From a virus, in the IMG/VR virus record IMGVR_UViG_3300045741_000353, positions 1 through 37,742 of that record: a stretch of 37,742 nt of DNA; one strand, 5' to 3'. Made by a program: the position numbers and the translations under genes. The notes beneath the pieces are model-generated. The model saw nothing but the letters and a program-made list of their open reading frames with translations, ran no database searches and was not told where the DNA came from. Positions 15,623-24,807 of the stretch are shown here, piece after piece; the first letter of the stretch is position 1, and every line of letters begins with the position of its first letter.

Positions 15623-16531
15623 ATGCAAAATTTATCGTCGCCAAATTTTATCAGAGTCAATCCGGTAAATGTACTTTGGCAAATTGAGGCCATGGAAAAA
15701 CTTGATTTCTCAGGTGCCATTGCATCATCGACAAATAACAAATGGATACAACTCTGGCTCGCATCTGGTGCTGGTCACTATTTCTGGGCAAATTACAATT
15801 CAACTGGAGTTGACCCAGTTCAAGCTGGTACAGGACATGCTGTTGTGGTTGGCATTGGTGATGCTGATACTGTGATTGCGGAGAGTTTTAAGACATCTAT
15901 CAATGCCACGGCTGGATTTACAGCTGTTAGGTCTGGGACAGTTGTCACAGTAACTCGCACAATTGGAACTGGAGTTGGTGAGGTCACGGACCCAACAACT
16001 AATTTTCAAAGCTCCAATTTGACCATGACTCAAGTTAGACGCGGTAAGGATTTTAACCTTGGCTTGCTCAAGGGCGATGTGGACCCAAAGTTTAGCCCAT
16101 CTAATTTGACAGTCCATGCTCACCAGTTTGGTAAAACTCCATTGCTGACATTAAATCAAGGATTTGACAAAATTGAGGTTTCAACCAAATTGCTTGAGAC
16201 TGACAACGCCAAATTAAAAGCCATGCATAAACTTTATGGTGGCTCTGTTATTGGTGGCTCATCTGAGGTGTTTGGTGCTGGCACATTTGTGCTTGGTAAA
16301 AACATTTTGATTGATGCTGCACGCTTGATTTTCAAGCCAGTCAACGCGGTTGATAATTCTGGAAATATGCAAATAGCTTTGGCTATCCCTGTCCCTGGCT
16401 CACTAATTTTCTCTGGAGAAAATCCTAATGAGCTTGAGGTTTCTTGGATGGGGTTTGCTGACTTGTTGATGAATTCTAAAATCAACGTAATCAGCTTTGG
16501 CGATATCAGTCAGAGTGGTTTGACAGCTTAA
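15623..16531 (+). CDS. Major tail (tube) protein
   Basis: Strong SD TAGGGGGAT. It lies directly upstream of the chaperone pair and tape measure gene and is followed by a good terminator. Confidence 0.6.
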   Translation: MQNLSSPNFIRVNPVNVLWQIEAMEKLDFSGAIASSTNNKWIQLWLASGAGHYFWANYNSTGVDPVQAGTGHAVVVGIGDADTVIAESFKTSINATAGFTAVRSGTVVTVTRTIGTGVGEVTDPTTNFQSSNLTMTQVRRGKDFNLGLLKGDVDPKFSPSNLTVHAHQFGKTPLLTLNQGFDKIEVSTKLLETDNAKLKAMHKLYGGSVIGGSSEVFGAGTFVLGKNILIDAARLIFKPVNAVDNSGNMQIALAIPVPGSLIFSGENPNELEVSWMGFADLLMNSKINVISFGDISQSGLTA

Positions 16532-16545
16532 TTTGTGATTTTTTT

Positions 16546-16579
16546 AAGTCATCAGGGCTCATCCTGGTGACTTTTTGTT
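16546..16579 (+). terminator. Rho-independent terminator after the major tail gene
   Basis: AAGTCATCAGG (16546-16556) pairs with CCTGGTGACTT (16563-16573): 11 bp including one G-U pair, with a 6-nt loop, followed by a T-rich tract (TTTGTT). Confidence 0.65.
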
Positions 16580-16592
16580 GGAGTGAATATTT

Positions 16593-16838
16593 ATGCAAGA
16601 GCTTGATTTAGGTGATGATGTCCAACTCAAGGTAAAATTTAAGGGCAAAGAGTACATATTGCGCGAACCCTCGGTTGATGAGGTTGAGTTTTTGCGCGGA
16701 GTTGAGGGGGATAAAATGGACGTCCCTGCATTTCTGGCCAGACTTGGGATGCCTCTTGATGTTGTAAAGGGCATGGGATTATCAAAAGCCAAAGCTCTTG
16801 TTGAGGGTTTGCTTGATCTTGTCACTAAAAAAAAATAG
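16593..16838 (+). CDS. Tail assembly chaperone (gpG-like), 81 aa
   Basis: Lies immediately upstream of the tape measure gene. The ORF ends in an A9 run (ACT AAA AAA AAA TAG). Confidence 0.65.
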   Translation: MQELDLGDDVQLKVKFKGKEYILREPSVDEVEFLRGVEGDKMDVPAFLARLGMPLDVVKGMGLSKAKALVEGLLDLVTKKK

Positions 16839-17134
16839 ATCAGGCGTTTTTAGATAAAAGTTTTGTCTGTCATTTTTATGGATGGCCTCCAGAGGTGGTT
16901 AAAAAAATGCCAGCTGGCGATTACATCAGATTTTTAAAAAGCGCTCGCATGATATTTGCCGAAACTCAAATGGTGGATATCCAATCTGCGTCTTTTCACA
17001 CTTACAAAGAGTCAGACAGGTCTAAAATCATCAGAGAATTAAAGTCCTCTGCTAAAAGATTTTTATTTGAGCCATTGCTTGATTTTCAAACAGTGGCGAT
17101 GAATTTAGCTAAGAGGTTAAAAGCAAATGGCTGA
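16593..17134 (+). CDS. Tail assembly chaperone frameshift fusion (gpGT-like; -1 shift at 16829-16835)
   Basis: ORF 16895..17134 is in the -1 frame relative to 16593..16838, and that frame is uninterrupted from 16829. This is the classic G/GT arrangement upstream of a tape measure gene. Confidence 0.5.
16827..16835 (+). promoter_or_regulatory. Slippery A9 tract for a -1 programmed ribosomal frameshift
   Basis: A AAA AAA heptamer in the zero frame. The -1 frame has its last stop (TAA 16826-16828) at the start of the run and is then open through to 17134. Confidence 0.55.
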
Positions 17135-18959
17135 TGATTTAAATGAAATTAGAATTAGCATTACGCTTGATGACGGCTCTGTAAGAGAGGGTTTTGCTAG
17201 AATTAAAAAATCAGGTGAAGAGGCTGGAGATGGTTTATCTCATGCGTTTGCCCATGTAAGAAATGAGATTTTAGCCATTGTTGGTGCATATCTTAGTTTT
17301 GAATTTGGAAAAGAAATAATTGAGAAATCAATTGAGGCAGCTGGTGGATATGAAAAAGCTTTAAACAATATGAATAAAGCTTTGTCCTCATCTGGCAGTT
17401 ATAGTGCTGAGGCATCAGCTAGTTTTTTAGAATTGGCTGAGAATATTGAAAAAACCACAACTTTAAGTGCAACTCAGGCTTTAGGTCTTGAGGCTTTGGC
17501 TAGAAATTATGCTAGAAACAATGAGCAAGCAAAAGCTTTGACATCAGCTGCGATTGATTTAGCGGCAGCAACTGGAAAATCAGCTGATGCAGCTTTGCAG
17601 CAACTTGGTGGCACGCTAGATGGGACATCAGGGCGGCTTGGTAAGTTGATACCTCAGATTAGGTCATTGACTGAGTTTCAGTTGAGGGCTGGTGAAGCAA
17701 TCGCAATTGTTGGCGCTAGATTTAAAGATGCCGCCTCTGGCGATGTTGATACATTTGAGGGTTCAATCACAAGACTAAAAAACTCATTTGAAAAGTTAGG
17801 CATTGCTTTTGGTCAAGCATTTACTGGCAATGATACAGTTAGGGCTGTAATTAAATTTATTACAGGTGAAATTGATCATTTAGCAGAATCAATGCAGCAC
17901 ACATTTGGAGATCAAAATTATCTGAAACAATTTGCACTTGATTCAATCACGGTTGGAAAAGCTTTAAATGATTTTATTATTTATCCTCTAGAGCTAGTGG
18001 CAAACACAGCTGCACTTGTATTTAACGCTGTTGGCGCGACAATTGTTGATTTCATTGGTGGCATTGTAGACATTGGAAACAAACTTGTAAATTTCTTTGC
18101 TCCAAATTCTGCCATTGCAAAATCATTAAAAGATTTTGTTGATAACGCAAAAGAATTAATGAATGACTTAGACGCCAAGGCATCAAAGAATTTAGAAAAT
18201 ATTGGAAACTCTGATTTCTCAACATCCATTGAAAATGGTCTAAATAGGTTGACTGGAGTTGTAAACAACGCAAAACCATTTGATAGAATGCGTGAGCATG
18301 TAAATGGTGTAAAAGATGATTTACTTGGTTTATCTGGAGGGCTTGAGAGCGCAGCAAGCTCTTTTACTTTACTCCAGCAAGGTGCATCTAATGGTTTTGA
18401 ATTGATGGCTCATAATGCACAAAAAGCATTTCAGGATATTGGTGCAGCAACATCTAAAACCTTAGTTGGTGGATTTTCAAATGCTATGGTGCAACTTGGA
18501 CGAGCTCTAGTTCAAGGTAAGGATTTATTTAAAGCCTTTGCTGGTGCGATTTTGTCAGCCATGGGACAAGCTGCAATTCAGATGGGTTCATTTTATATTT
18601 TAGAGGGGATTGCCAGAGGTTTTAGCTCATATGGTTTTGATGCCACAGCATATGGCCTAATATCGGCTGGCTCTGCATTGACTGTCCTTGGTGGTGTACT
18701 TGGTGCAGTTGGTGAGGGAGTATCTGGTGGAGGCAGTAACGCTGGTGGAGTTGGCTCTGGAGTAACTGGAGGTTTTAGCGGTGACAGTGGAGGTGGTGGA
18801 GCTCCAAATCCAGCCACGGCTGTGCAGCAAAAAGAGCAACAGACTGTGACTGTAAATATCAATGGCTCTGTATTTGACACGCATGAGACAGGGCTTAGGA
18901 TTGTTGAGTTAGTCAATAGTGCATTTAACACTCAAGGTGCGCAGGTATTGGTCAAATGA
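17127..18959 (+). CDS. Tail tape measure protein, 610 aa
   Basis: Long Ala/Leu-rich helical protein downstream of the chaperone pair. Gly-rich hydrophobic C-terminal segments are typical of tape measure proteins. Confidence 0.8.
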   Translation: MADDLNEIRISITLDDGSVREGFARIKKSGEEAGDGLSHAFAHVRNEILAIVGAYLSFEFGKEIIEKSIEAAGGYEKALNNMNKALSSSGSYSAEASASFLELAENIEKTTTLSATQALGLEALARNYARNNEQAKALTSAAIDLAAATGKSADAALQQLGGTLDGTSGRLGKLIPQIRSLTEFQLRAGEAIAIVGARFKDAASGDVDTFEGSITRLKNSFEKLGIAFGQAFTGNDTVRAVIKFITGEIDHLAESMQHTFGDQNYLKQFALDSITVGKALNDFIIYPLELVANTAALVFNAVGATIVDFIGGIVDIGNKLVNFFAPNSAIAKSLKDFVDNAKELMNDLDAKASKNLENIGNSDFSTSIENGLNRLTGVVNNAKPFDRMREHVNGVKDDLLGLSGGLESAASSFTLLQQGASNGFELMAHNAQKAFQDIGAATSKTLVGGFSNAMVQLGRALVQGKDLFKAFAGAILSAMGQAAIQMGSFYILEGIARGFSSYGFDATAYGLISAGSALTVLGGVLGAVGEGVSGGGSNAGGVGSGVTGGFSGDSGGGGAPNPATAVQQKEQQTVTVNINGSVFDTHETGLRIVELVNSAFNTQGAQVLVK

Positions 18960-19729
18960 TAAACACATGGTCTAAATTCATTTTTGGCACAACCATTACA
19001 GCAAACAACGCAGATGCTGATTTTAAAGAGGGCATCACATCTTTGTTAGCAACTTTGACTTTAAAATCTAGAACTCTTGGCGAAATAATTGATGATCTTG
19101 AGGCTGAGTTAAATTTAAACAGTTTAAACAACTATGTTGTCACTCTCAATCGCTCAACTGGTAAGGTCACGGTTTCAGGCACATCAAATTTTACAATACC
19201 TCTTTTAACAGGTGCCAATATTGGGACATCCATTTGGCCTCTACTTGGATTTACCTCTGGCATTGATTTAACAGGTGCCAATAGTTATACAGGGACATCA
19301 AGGGCTGGTGTACTTTATTACCCTCAATTTTTACTCCAAAGCTATGTTGGTCCAGATGATTATCAAGTGTCTTATGACCCTATGGTTAACCGCACAGCAA
19401 GCGGTCGCACTGAATTGATTAGATTTGGTGTTGATAAAATGATTGAGTTTGATTTAAAATTCATTACTAATTTGCAAATGGATGGTGTGGTAATAAAAAA
19501 CAACCCATCTGGAGTGCAGTTGGCTCAATCTTTTTTACAAGACATTACGTCTAAATCTAGATTTGAATTTGTACCAGACATTGATAATCCAGCCACATTT
19601 TACAAAGTTGTTTGCGATTCAGTGCCATCTAGCAAGGATGGGACAGGATATCATTTAAAAGAATTGTTTAACCAAGACCTGCCAGGGATTTTTGAGACTG
19701 GCATAATTACGTTGAGAGTGGTGAGCTAA
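18956..19729 (+). CDS. Distal tail or baseplate protein (putative), 257 aa
   Basis: ATGA-coupled to the tape measure gene. The call rests on position. Confidence 0.45.
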   Translation: MINTWSKFIFGTTITANNADADFKEGITSLLATLTLKSRTLGEIIDDLEAELNLNSLNNYVVTLNRSTGKVTVSGTSNFTIPLLTGANIGTSIWPLLGFTSGIDLTGANSYTGTSRAGVLYYPQFLLQSYVGPDDYQVSYDPMVNRTASGRTELIRFGVDKMIEFDLKFITNLQMDGVVIKNNPSGVQLAQSFLQDITSKSRFEFVPDIDNPATFYKVVCDSVPSSKDGTGYHLKELFNQDLPGIFETGIITLRVVS

Positions 19730-20157
19730 TGGCAATTGCTGATGGTCAAAAGGCTAATGCTACAAATTTTAATGCTGCATTTGCTGACAAGAATTTTCAA
19801 ACTCTAGCGGCTGGGACGAATTTCACCATTGCAAACAATGTTTCTAATCAGCCAGTCACTGGTCTTATTTTCAATAAATTAGCCTATCGGTCTGTAAGGA
19901 TTGAGTGGCAGATTTATAGAAAATCAACAGGTGGTGGAGCGCAATTGCGTGTGCAGCGTGGTTGCTTTTTTGTTTGGCATGACGACACCAATTGGACTTT
20001 AACTCAAGATATCTCGTCAGCCACAGATGCTGGCGTTACATTTGATATTGATGCGACAACTGGTCAAATAACTTACACATCTGATAATCAAACTGGCACT
20101 TACAGCCCATCAACTAGCGTTTTAAGTTACCAAATTGTTCACACAATGAGGCTTTAA
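19729..20157 (+). CDS. Tail-associated protein, 142 aa
   Basis: TAATG coupling on both sides. The N-terminus ADGQKANATNFNAAF resembles N-termini of phage fibre or baseplate proteins. Confidence 0.45.
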   Translation: MAIADGQKANATNFNAAFADKNFQTLAAGTNFTIANNVSNQPVTGLIFNKLAYRSVRIEWQIYRKSTGGGAQLRVQRGCFFVWHDDTNWTLTQDISSATDAGVTFDIDATTGQITYTSDNQTGTYSPSTSVLSYQIVHTMRL

Positions 20158-22787
20158 TGAAAAAAATCATTTTAATTTTCTCAATAATTTTTGGTGCCGC
20201 TGTATTTGCAACAATAGACACTCCGACTTTGCCAAATTTAAAATTAAAAAATTTGACAGCAAGTCAAATTACAGCAACTGACGCTAACAAAACTTTTCAA
20301 TCAGTGGCTGTGTCTCCAACTGAATTGCTAAATGTTGCTGGAGTGACATCAAGTTTGTGCGGGATTTCTCAAAGTTGCACTTTAACAAATAAAACTATGA
20401 GCGGAGCTGCAAATACATTTACTAATATCTCACTAACATCATCTGTGACTGGTATTTTACCAGTTGCAAATGGTGGTACAAATTTATCATCTGGCATTAG
20501 TGGTGGTATTTTAGGATTTTCTGCACCTGGAGTTTTAGCGTCTAGTGCATTGCTTGGGACTAATCAAATTGTGCTTGGTGGTGGAGCTGGCGCAACTCCA
20601 ACATCGCTCCCGTCATTAGGTACAGCAACAACATTACTCCATGGTAACGCAGCTGGAGCACCTAGTTTTTCATCTGTATCTTTAACAGCTGATGTAAGTG
20701 GCACTCTGCCGATTGCAAGTGGTGGTACAAATTCAGCCACAGCGCTCAATAACAATAGAGTAATGGTTTCCAGTGCTGGTTCTATTTCTGAGGCCCTGGC
20801 TATTACTGGAAATAAAGCCTTGGCATCAAATGCCTCTGGTATCCCTGTTGCCTCTGCTACAACAGACACTGAATTAGGATTTGTCTCTGGCGTGACATCT
20901 GCGATTCAAACTCAACTCAATGGCAAGCAAGCAACTGGTAATTACATTACAAATCTCACTGGTGATGTCACAGCAACTGGTCCTGGCTCTGTTGCTGCGA
21001 CTTTAGCCAACACAGCTGTAACGCCTGGCTCTTACACTCTTGGGAGTTTTACTGTTGATGCAAAAGGACGGCTAACATCTGCATCAAATGGTACGGCTGT
21101 TACAAGCGTGTCTGCCACAGTGCCTGCATTCCTGTCCATATCTGGAAGCCCCATTACAACTTCTGGGACACTCGCTATAGGGCTTAGTGGCACAGCCTTG
21201 CCTGTTGCTAACGGTGGCACGGGATTAACGGCTGGCACATCTGGAGGCATTCTAGGATACACAGCCACAGGCACTTTGGCCTCAAGTGCTGTTTTGACAG
21301 CTAATCGAATAGTTTTAGGCGGTGGCGCTGGTGCAACGCCTGGTGTTTTAGGTTCACTTGGAACGACTACAACAGTTTTACATGGTAATGCCGCTGGTGC
21401 GCCAACTTTTGGTGCAGTTAGTTTGACTGGTGACGTGAGTGGTACTTTGCCGGTGGCTAACGGTGGCACAAATGTTACATCAGTTACAACAGCGCCAACT
21501 GCCACATCATTTGCTGGATGGGATGCAAACAAAAATTTATCAGCAAATAATTTTATCGCTGGTTACACGACAACAGCAACATCTGGTGGCACAACAACTT
21601 TAACAGCGTCCAGCACATATCAGCAATTTTTTACAGGGACACTAGCTCAAACTGTTGTTTTGCCGGTCACAAGCACACTTGTTTTAGGCGAATCATTTTT
21701 AGTTGCAAACAATAGCACTCAAAATATTACAGTTCAAAGCTCTGGTTTAAACACGATTGCAACTATAGCTAGTGGTGATCAAGGTATTTTCACAGTAATT
21801 TTAACATCTGGTACAACCGCTGCATCATGGGCAAATGATGTTGGCGGTGGTGGCGGCAGTGGTACTGTTACAAGTGTCGCAATGACTGTCCCATCATTTT
21901 TATCAATTGCTGGCAGTCCGATTACAACAGCTGGTACTTTGGCTTTGACTTTAAGCGGGACAGCTTTGCCTGTCACGAGTGGTGGCACTGGTTTGGTGTC
22001 TGGCACAAGTGGAGCAATACCTTACTTTGCTGGAGGCACAACAATTGCCTCATCATCTGTACTTACTCAAAATGCTGTGATGGTTGGTGGTGGAATTGGT
22101 GCTGCGCCAATTACTTTAGCAAGCACTGGCACAGCTGGACAGGTTTTAACAAGCAATGGTTCATCGGCACCATCTTTTCAACAGACTGCCACTGGCGGTG
22201 GTTCATCATTTTTAACATCTGGCACCACTTACACAACTCCAGCAAACATTACCACATCAACTAGATTTAAATTTAAGTTGATTGGAGGTGGTGGTGGAGG
22301 TTCATCAGGTGCAATAAATAGCTATGCAGCTGGTGGCGGCGCTGGTGGTATGATTGATGTTTATTTAACTGGTTTAAATCCTAGCACTAGTTACACAATG
22401 GCAATCGGTGCGGCTGGTGCTGGTGGTGCAGTTGGTTTCTCTGGAGGAAATGGTGGTAATACAACCATTACCATCAACGCAACAACTTACACAGCTGGTG
22501 GCGGCGCTGGCTCTGTTTCCGGTACTCCAGGAACTGGTGGTACAGCAACCGGAGGTACGATAAATGTTGTTGGACAAGCTGGCTCTGGAAACTTTTTTTC
22601 AAATGGTGGAGGCATTGGAGGGAGCACTATATATGGTCCAGGTGGACCATCAAGAGGCACATCTGGAGTTGGGACTAACGCAACTGGGTTTGGTGGTGGA
22701 GGCGGTGGAGGCGTTGGCTCTGGTTCAACAGCTTTTGCTGGAGGCAATGGCACTCAAGGTGCGATATTAGTTGAATATCAAAACTAA
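20157..22787 (+). CDS. Tail fibre protein, 876 aa, with triplicated LPVANGGTG modules and a C-terminal glycine-rich domain
   Basis: Signal-like N-terminus MKKIILIFSIIFGAAVFA/TI. Repeated modules at 20448-20726, 21096-21470 and 21867-22181. The Gly-rich C-terminal domain starts at about 22212. Confidence 0.75.
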   Translation: MKKIILIFSIIFGAAVFATIDTPTLPNLKLKNLTASQITATDANKTFQSVAVSPTELLNVAGVTSSLCGISQSCTLTNKTMSGAANTFTNISLTSSVTGILPVANGGTNLSSGISGGILGFSAPGVLASSALLGTNQIVLGGGAGATPTSLPSLGTATTLLHGNAAGAPSFSSVSLTADVSGTLPIASGGTNSATALNNNRVMVSSAGSISEALAITGNKALASNASGIPVASATTDTELGFVSGVTSAIQTQLNGKQATGNYITNLTGDVTATGPGSVAATLANTAVTPGSYTLGSFTVDAKGRLTSASNGTAVTSVSATVPAFLSISGSPITTSGTLAIGLSGTALPVANGGTGLTAGTSGGILGYTATGTLASSAVLTANRIVLGGGAGATPGVLGSLGTTTTVLHGNAAGAPTFGAVSLTGDVSGTLPVANGGTNVTSVTTAPTATSFAGWDANKNLSANNFIAGYTTTATSGGTTTLTASSTYQQFFTGTLAQTVVLPVTSTLVLGESFLVANNSTQNITVQSSGLNTIATIASGDQGIFTVILTSGTTAASWANDVGGGGGSGTVTSVAMTVPSFLSIAGSPITTAGTLALTLSGTALPVTSGGTGLVSGTSGAIPYFAGGTTIASSSVLTQNAVMVGGGIGAAPITLASTGTAGQVLTSNGSSAPSFQQTATGGGSSFLTSGTTYTTPANITTSTRFKFKLIGGGGGGSSGAINSYAAGGGAGGMIDVYLTGLNPSTSYTMAIGAAGAGGAVGFSGGNGGNTTITINATTYTAGGGAGSVSGTPGTGGTATGGTINVVGQAGSGNFFSNGGGIGGSTIYGPGGPSRGTSGVGTNATGFGGGGGGGVGSGSTAFAGGNGTQGAILVEYQN

Positions 22788-22811
22788 ATTACTTTAACAA
22801 AGGGGTAAAAA

Positions 22812-23027
22812 ATGGATTTAGTGAAACAAAAATTAGGACCTGAAATTGACTTGTCAATAACAGTCAATGGAGGTGTTTTAGAATTTAAGTTTGAGCGCAA
22901 CAGTCCTAGCGGCACAGAGTCGTTTATTGTGACTGAATCACTCAAATATTTTATCGACAAAGAAAAAGCCAAGCTGCCACCTTGGATGCAAGGTTTGGTA
23001 AATGTGCTTGAGGGAGCTTTGCCCTAA
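22812..23027 (+). CDS. Hypothetical protein, 71 aa
   Basis: ORF track. SD AAAGGGG. TAATG-coupled to the next gene. Confidence 0.5.
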   Translation: MDLVKQKLGPEIDLSITVNGGVLEFKFERNSPSGTESFIVTESLKYFIDKEKAKLPPWMQGLVNVLEGALP

Positions 23028-23401
23028 TGGATAAATCAATTGTCCCAATTGACATTACTGACGTGGTTGAAAAGGCCAGAGCCAGTTTTGTCATTTGGGG
23101 GATTGGTGCTTTAATGTCCTATGCATCAACAGTATCTGGGCTTGGTTGGATATCATGGCCAGTCATTGGTCCTGTTGCTAAATATATTTTGAATGCCATT
23201 TTGACATTTTTATCAAAACAAGCTGTTTTAGAGGCGTTCATTTTAAACACAGCAATCAGAAAATCAGTTCAAGCATCTGATTTTTTGCGTGCTGTTGATT
23301 ATAAAAACTCTTTACCTGAGAATGCGAGCGATGAGGTTTATGACAAAGCAGAGCGCGATGAAATCGAGGCTTTTGTGGCTTTTGCCTCTATTTCTAATTA
23401 A
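23027..23401 (+). CDS. Membrane protein, 124 aa; holin or i-spanin candidate
   Basis: Hydrophobic stretch FVIWGIGALMSYASTVSGLGWISWPVIGPVAKYILNAILTFL (1-2 TM helices), then a charged helical tail. It lies upstream of the endolysin gene. Confidence 0.45.
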   Translation: MDKSIVPIDITDVVEKARASFVIWGIGALMSYASTVSGLGWISWPVIGPVAKYILNAILTFLSKQAVLEAFILNTAIRKSVQASDFLRAVDYKNSLPENASDEVYDKAERDEIEAFVAFASISN

Positions 23402-23792
23402 TTGCACAACAACACCACCTGACATTGCTGTATTTAGATCACTTACACAAAGGCTCAGTCATGACCCATTAAATGGTCATTTGATTTTGACTCCAGACCC
23501 AGTGTGCGAAAAAGAAATAAAAGAAATAGAGTGCGGCTTTGGTGTTTACATAATTAGCAAACGTCGAGTTTTTGTTGGCGAGCAAAAAGAGCATTGGTTT
23601 AAAGGCAAGCCATGGTCACAATTAAAAAAAGAATCGATATTGCTCCCCGCTGTTGAATCATATGCTCCATTATCAAAATACATCATAGATTCTTGTAAAG
23701 AGTTGGGTTGTAATGACCAAGTTGATAGATTTAAAGTGCAGCTTGACCAGTTAAATAATATTGAACCTAATTTAAATCCTAAGGGGGAGTGA
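23358..23792 (+). CDS. Putative lipoprotein, 144 aa, overlapping the 3' end of the membrane-protein gene (o-spanin-like arrangement)
   Basis: MKSRLLWLLPLFLINC is signal-like with a Cys, but Asn at -1 makes the lipobox atypical. The ORF is open from 23289, so the start is ambiguous (23322, 23331, 23340 or 23358). ATGA-type coupling to the endolysin gene. Confidence 0.4.
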   Translation: MKSRLLWLLPLFLINCTTTPPDIAVFRSLTQRLSHDPLNGHLILTPDPVCEKEIKEIECGFGVYIISKRRVFVGEQKEHWFKGKPWSQLKKESILLPAVESYAPLSKYIIDSCKELGCNDQVDRFKVQLDQLNNIEPNLNPKGE

Positions 23793-24439
23793 TGAGAGTT
23801 GTTTGTCCGGCAGGACCTGTAATAAAAGGTATTGATATTTATCAGGGAAATATGATTTCAGACATCAACCTTTTGAAATCAAGTGGGATTGTTTACGCAT
23901 TTCACAAAGCTTTTGAATATAGACAAGACCCTAAATTTAAAAGTAGATGGGATAATTTTAAAAGGGTTGGGATTGCTAGAGGTGCATATGATTTTTTTCA
24001 TCCAGGTAAGGATGTGGCAACCCAAGCAAGTAATTTTTTAGGTATTGTTGGCCAATTAGAGCCAACAGATATGGGATGTGTACTTGATTGGGAGGTCATG
24101 GATGGTCTGTCACCTGGTCCAAACAAAGAGCACGCTTTGAAATGGCTTGATATTGTTGAGCGAGCCACAAAAAAAACACCTGGCATCTATGGCTCATCCT
24201 CAATATTAGCTGGCCTTGGACTTGATCAAAGATTTAAAAAATATTGGCTATGGATTGCAAACTATGGTGTCCCTTGTCCTCACGTACCTCCACCTTGGGA
24301 CACTTGGACCTTTTGGCAAACTGATGACACCAAGCATGTGCCAGGTATTGCTGGAGCGTGTGATAGGGACCTTTTTAATGGGTCTATTGATCAATTTCAC
24401 AACTTTATCAAAACAACTAATTTAGGGGGGATGAAATGA
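23789..24439 (+). CDS. Endolysin, glycoside hydrolase family 25 muramidase
   Basis: GH25 pattern: GIDIYQGN..., GAYDFFHP, VLDWE, LWIANYG, WTFWQ, and GIAGACDRDLFNG at the C-terminus. No signal peptide. Confidence 0.85.
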   Translation: MMRVVCPAGPVIKGIDIYQGNMISDINLLKSSGIVYAFHKAFEYRQDPKFKSRWDNFKRVGIARGAYDFFHPGKDVATQASNFLGIVGQLEPTDMGCVLDWEVMDGLSPGPNKEHALKWLDIVERATKKTPGIYGSSSILAGLGLDQRFKKYWLWIANYGVPCPHVPPPWDTWTFWQTDDTKHVPGIAGACDRDLFNGSIDQFHNFIKTTNLGGMK

Positions 24440-24807
24440 AAAATGTATTTTTGGTAACCATGATGGCCTCTGTTTTAACAGCTTGCCCTGGTTCTAATCC
24501 AGTTTGCGAGACTGGAAAAATTTTAGCCAAGCCTTTGTCGGTGGCTATGGCTCAGATTGCAGATTGCAAGGTGCCATCTGAGCTTGAATCTTGGATGACA
24601 GAACAGCTTGTTATTTTAAAAGTTTGCTCACCTCCAACTGGTATTGGTGCCAATGGTTACATTGGTGATATTGTTTGCCCTCTTGTGGTGGACAGAATCA
24701 TTGGCGTTGGTATTTCTAAATTACCAGCCAAGGCTCAATGCTCTGGTGGTAAGATTGCAGATGGTGCAAAAGAAAAGCTAATGGCAGTTTGTAAAGGTGC
24801 AATTTAA
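24436..24807 (+). CDS. Cys-rich lipoprotein, 123 aa
   Basis: MKNVFLVTMMASVLTAC has the lipobox L-T-A-C. The full protein has 8 Cys (7 remain after cleavage at the lipobox Cys). SD TAGGGGGGAT. ATGA-coupled to the endolysin gene. Confidence 0.6.
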   Translation: MKNVFLVTMMASVLTACPGSNPVCETGKILAKPLSVAMAQIADCKVPSELESWMTEQLVILKVCSPPTGIGANGYIGDIVCPLVVDRIIGVGISKLPAKAQCSGGKIADGAKEKLMAVCKGAI

